A stretch of 64,000 nt of DNA from the human T2T-CHM13v2.0 reference genome, Homo sapiens: assembly GCF_009914755.1 (NCBI RefSeq), contig NC_060926.1; one strand, 5' to 3'. The translations under genes were made by a program, and so were the position numbers. Below the pieces are notes generated by a model, which had not been told where the DNA came from, did no database searches, and saw nothing but the letters and a program-made list of their open reading frames with translations. Of the stretch, positions 60,741 through 64,000 are shown piece by piece (position 1 is the stretch's first letter; every line of letters starts with the position of its first letter).

Positions 60741-62484
60741 TGATCACCTTATTTATTTTTAAGCAATAGTTTATTGAAGTTAAACCTTCCTTTCTTCTTG
60801 TGACATCCCACGGGAAATTGCTTATATCTCTATTATAGTAATTTGCACAACCTGCCTTATGTCGAAGCTATTTATGGATGGTGATTATGATCCCATGCAG
60901 GGCCTGATATTTCCTTATGGTACCTGAAACATTACTTGGTTATAATGGGTGACCTCAAAACTCAAAATTGCTTTGAATATTCTATACCAGACGGAAGGAT
61001 TTCCCTCTCCTGACAGTGCTCAAGTATGCTGCCAAGGAGGTCGTTTTTATTTTACTGATCTCAATAAGTAAGCTGTGGGAACTTCAAAGCTGCTTGGTAA
61101 GAGGCAATTAAATGTAACCAAGCCTTATCACATAGGGATATTTGTGAACATTTCATTTCCAAAAAGGCAATCCACCTCGAAAGTGCTAAAAAATAAGTTT
61201 TTGTTTCCTTTGACATGTCATTTCTTTAAGCAGTCTTCTTAACTCGCTGCTCTTCTGACCCCCTTAGTAGCAGATACAATTCATTTCTTATGCAGCCTGA
61301 CAAAAAAGATGCACGGTGTATGGCACTGCATATCTTGACTTCATTATTTCCTCATAGCAAAGACTTGAAACTGTAATGTGTGAGAAGGAAAAGGTGCCAA
61401 CATGACATTTACTACTGCTAATATGAATCTGATTAATTCTACAACAAGAAACATCATCTTAACTCTTTGTATTCTACAAGGAGTGCAACTATGGGAAGCA
61501 AAGGGGATAGTTTGACCGAATCACGCATATCATAGAATTCTTTGTGGGACAAAATAATAATGTAAACAATTCCTTGGCAAGAAGTGTCTGCAAATTCTCT
61601 GATACAAAGGGTACGCTTTTCCACAGAGGAAAATTCCAAGCGAGACAGAAGTGCTTCTCATCTCTGTACTCGGTTCTGAGTTCCCCCAGTTTCAAGGGGA
61701 CTTTTGCTCGCAGGTGAGAAAACAGGCCAAGGTGAGAGTTGAGGCCACCGAGAGCAATATTATTGCTTTCCAAAGAACAGTAGTGCTGGTTTTATTTTTA
61801 TTTTATCGATGCCTTCAAAATGTTCTTCATTGTCCTGTGGCCTTAGGGCACGTGTTCAAAAATGATTCTACATTGCAGCAATCCTGTACTTGAAATTGCT
61901 ATTAAAAAGAAAATGCCAGAAGACCACTCAGACTTTTCACTAAGGGACTGCTAGAGTAAGGAAATGCACCCCAAATCATGACCTTCCGAGTAATGTAAAA
62001 CAAACAAGAGAGTAAAAACTTGAGGTAACTCAAGATTTTGTAAGAAAGCTAACTCATAAAGAAAAGAATAAAAATAAGAGTTCATTATTCACCTGTTTTC
62101 TACAAAGTACTTCTCATCATGGGAAGTTTTTTATTTCTGCCAGGTTTGGGGGGAGGTGTTTCTATTTAACTTCTCCTCCTCTCCTTCTCACAGCATGCAT
62201 ATCTCGAAATATTTATACATTTAAAAATTATTTTATTATCCATCATGAACTATTGGCAGTTAATTTCTGAGCTCTTAAAATCACATAAAAAAACCCAGCC
62301 ACCCACAATTTTATTTAAAGAAAAGAAACTTGCCTTTATTAATTTTCTTCATTGAAAGCTAAATATTGTAGTTCATTTTGGTTCCCCTCCTAACAGATTT
62401 GGCTAAAATGTCAAACATGAAGAAACTGTGAAAAATACCATAGAATGTGCCGAATAATGTATTACAAGAAAAATGTTTTTCATC

Positions 62485-62486
<2 letters not shown>

Positions 62487-62521
<35 letters not shown>

Positions 62522-62524
62522 ACA
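62487..62524. repeat. (AC)n microsatellite
   Basis: About 19 AC units with one interruption. Confidence 0.97.
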
Positions 62525-64000
62525 GAAAAAAAAAACTGGCTCAGATTTAAAACATGCATTTGATCATATATCTATAATATTTTCCTTATGTTTATAGCAT
62601 GTAGGTTTTGGGGAAGCCTAGCAGTTTTAAAGAACAAGACTACTTTTTTGAAGTAGGTTGAAAAATTCTTTCCAAAACGTTGCCTTTTAAAGGAAAGCAA
62701 AAAGTAGGTATTTTACGGCTTTCTAAATAGCATCACCTTAGGATATGTATATGTTTTTGCCATTTGGAGGGGGGCATGGTGTATGATATTTAAATGTTTA
62801 TAACAGCGTAACAATGGTGAAAAAGCTATAGTTTCCCACACAAATAATGTACTTAGTCAAAGAAAGGGGAATTTGAATCTCAGTGAAAAGCATGTTTTAG
62901 AAAGTAAACTGTACTTGCAGTTGTTTTTGGGCTACTGGTGACCAAGTGAAGTCCTGGTGGCAGTTGCTTTGCAAATCCGAAGAATACAAATGACTCTGAA
63001 TGTGGGCCTATGACACATGGGACAGGGTTTTAAATGTGAACACATGCTCCAGAGAAGCCTATGCAGGAATAAAAATTGTTCCTGTTTGGTTAGTTTGGAT
63101 TCTGAAAGAAGCTTTTGTGTGTCAAGATGTAAGAGGATCCCAGGGCTGGAGCCCCTGCTCTGTGGCATGTAGGTCACTGTGTCTGTCCCAGGAACCAGGG
63201 CTGGAGCCGCCAGCACGCCTTTACGCTCTCGCCTGGCACTCGCTTTTGTAAGCCTTAATTTGCTTTTGCCAGAATGATTAAGAAAGGGACCCTTTTGTGC
63301 CCCTCTATGAAGTCTTTAATAGGGAGACCAGGAGGCTGGGAAGAGGTGTTTCTTGACTATCGATGCTCACAAAAATTAAAGAGCAGTTCTGTTTCAGTAT
63401 TATAAAACTCTTCTCATTGAACACCATCCAGAAATCTGCTGGTTCAATTTCTTCGTCCCATCTGTTTCCCTCTCACTGGCTATATTTGTTAATATTTCCT
63501 CAAGCAGCAGGCTGTATTGCCCTCACTGTGCTACAGAAAAGGGCAGAGATTGATCATTTTTGCGGGACAGGGAAATGTTTATTTTGGGCAGGAAAGCAGC
63601 ACATTTACTAGCTTCCTATCCAGAGGCAGAGACAAAACTTCTTCAAGAAAAAGGCAAAAAAAAACAAAAAAAAATGCAGAGCTTGTTTTGGTATCCGAGG
63701 GTGAGGACGGCTGGGGCGAGCCGGCAATGTCGGAAGAGCTATCAGCCTGCTTATCTGTCTTTCTGCTTTGGCACGTGAAAGCTCCCAGCTCAGCACGCCA
63801 TGTGTCAAATTTATCATTTCGTATGTCAGCAACCATTATTCCCTCTTTTGTCACCAGTTTTGACCAAAGGATGAAAAATTGCTGTCTTACTCAGACAAGA
63901 TTATTGCTGGAGGAAAAAAAAAGGGCAACTCCAGGATAGAGGAGCAGGCCAAGGTGAAACACAGGGAGACTCTCCTCAGATTAGGTCTGGGTTAAGAGAA

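Noticed and set aside
63517-63939. 140-aa ORF and overlapping antisense ORFs
   Set aside because: Non-ATG start, crosses a poly-A-like tract and has no recognisable homology; better explained by locally higher GC.

Overview
This is AT-rich, repeat-dense non-coding DNA (intergenic or deep intronic) from a catarrhine primate, most likely human or ape, since AluY elements are present. It is not prokaryotic. I can support no intact protein-coding gene, RNA gene or CRISPR array. The supplied ORFs are L1 remnants, Alu-derived frames or chance ORFs. The window holds an L1MA1-3-type 3' end, a near-full-length but dead L1MA8-type element with three Alu insertions, many older L1MC/ME, L2 and MIR fragments, about 15 Alus (over half AluY-like), MaLR/ERVL/ERV1 solo LTRs, DNA-transposon fossils and microsatellites. 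The most interesting signal is an intact MER67-like ERV1 solo LTR (39335-39857) with a CpG-retaining cluster of GC-box/ETS, CRE and CCAAT motifs, a candidate exapted promoter. Secondary signals are candidate non-coding exons, several perfect short inverted repeats suggestive of template switching, TSD-less or chimeric Alus, and two closely spaced inverted Alu pairs. I found no evidence of a novel multi-gene system. Subfamily names come from recalled consensus sequences and need RepeatMasker/Dfam confirmation. Boundaries of old repeats are approximate.
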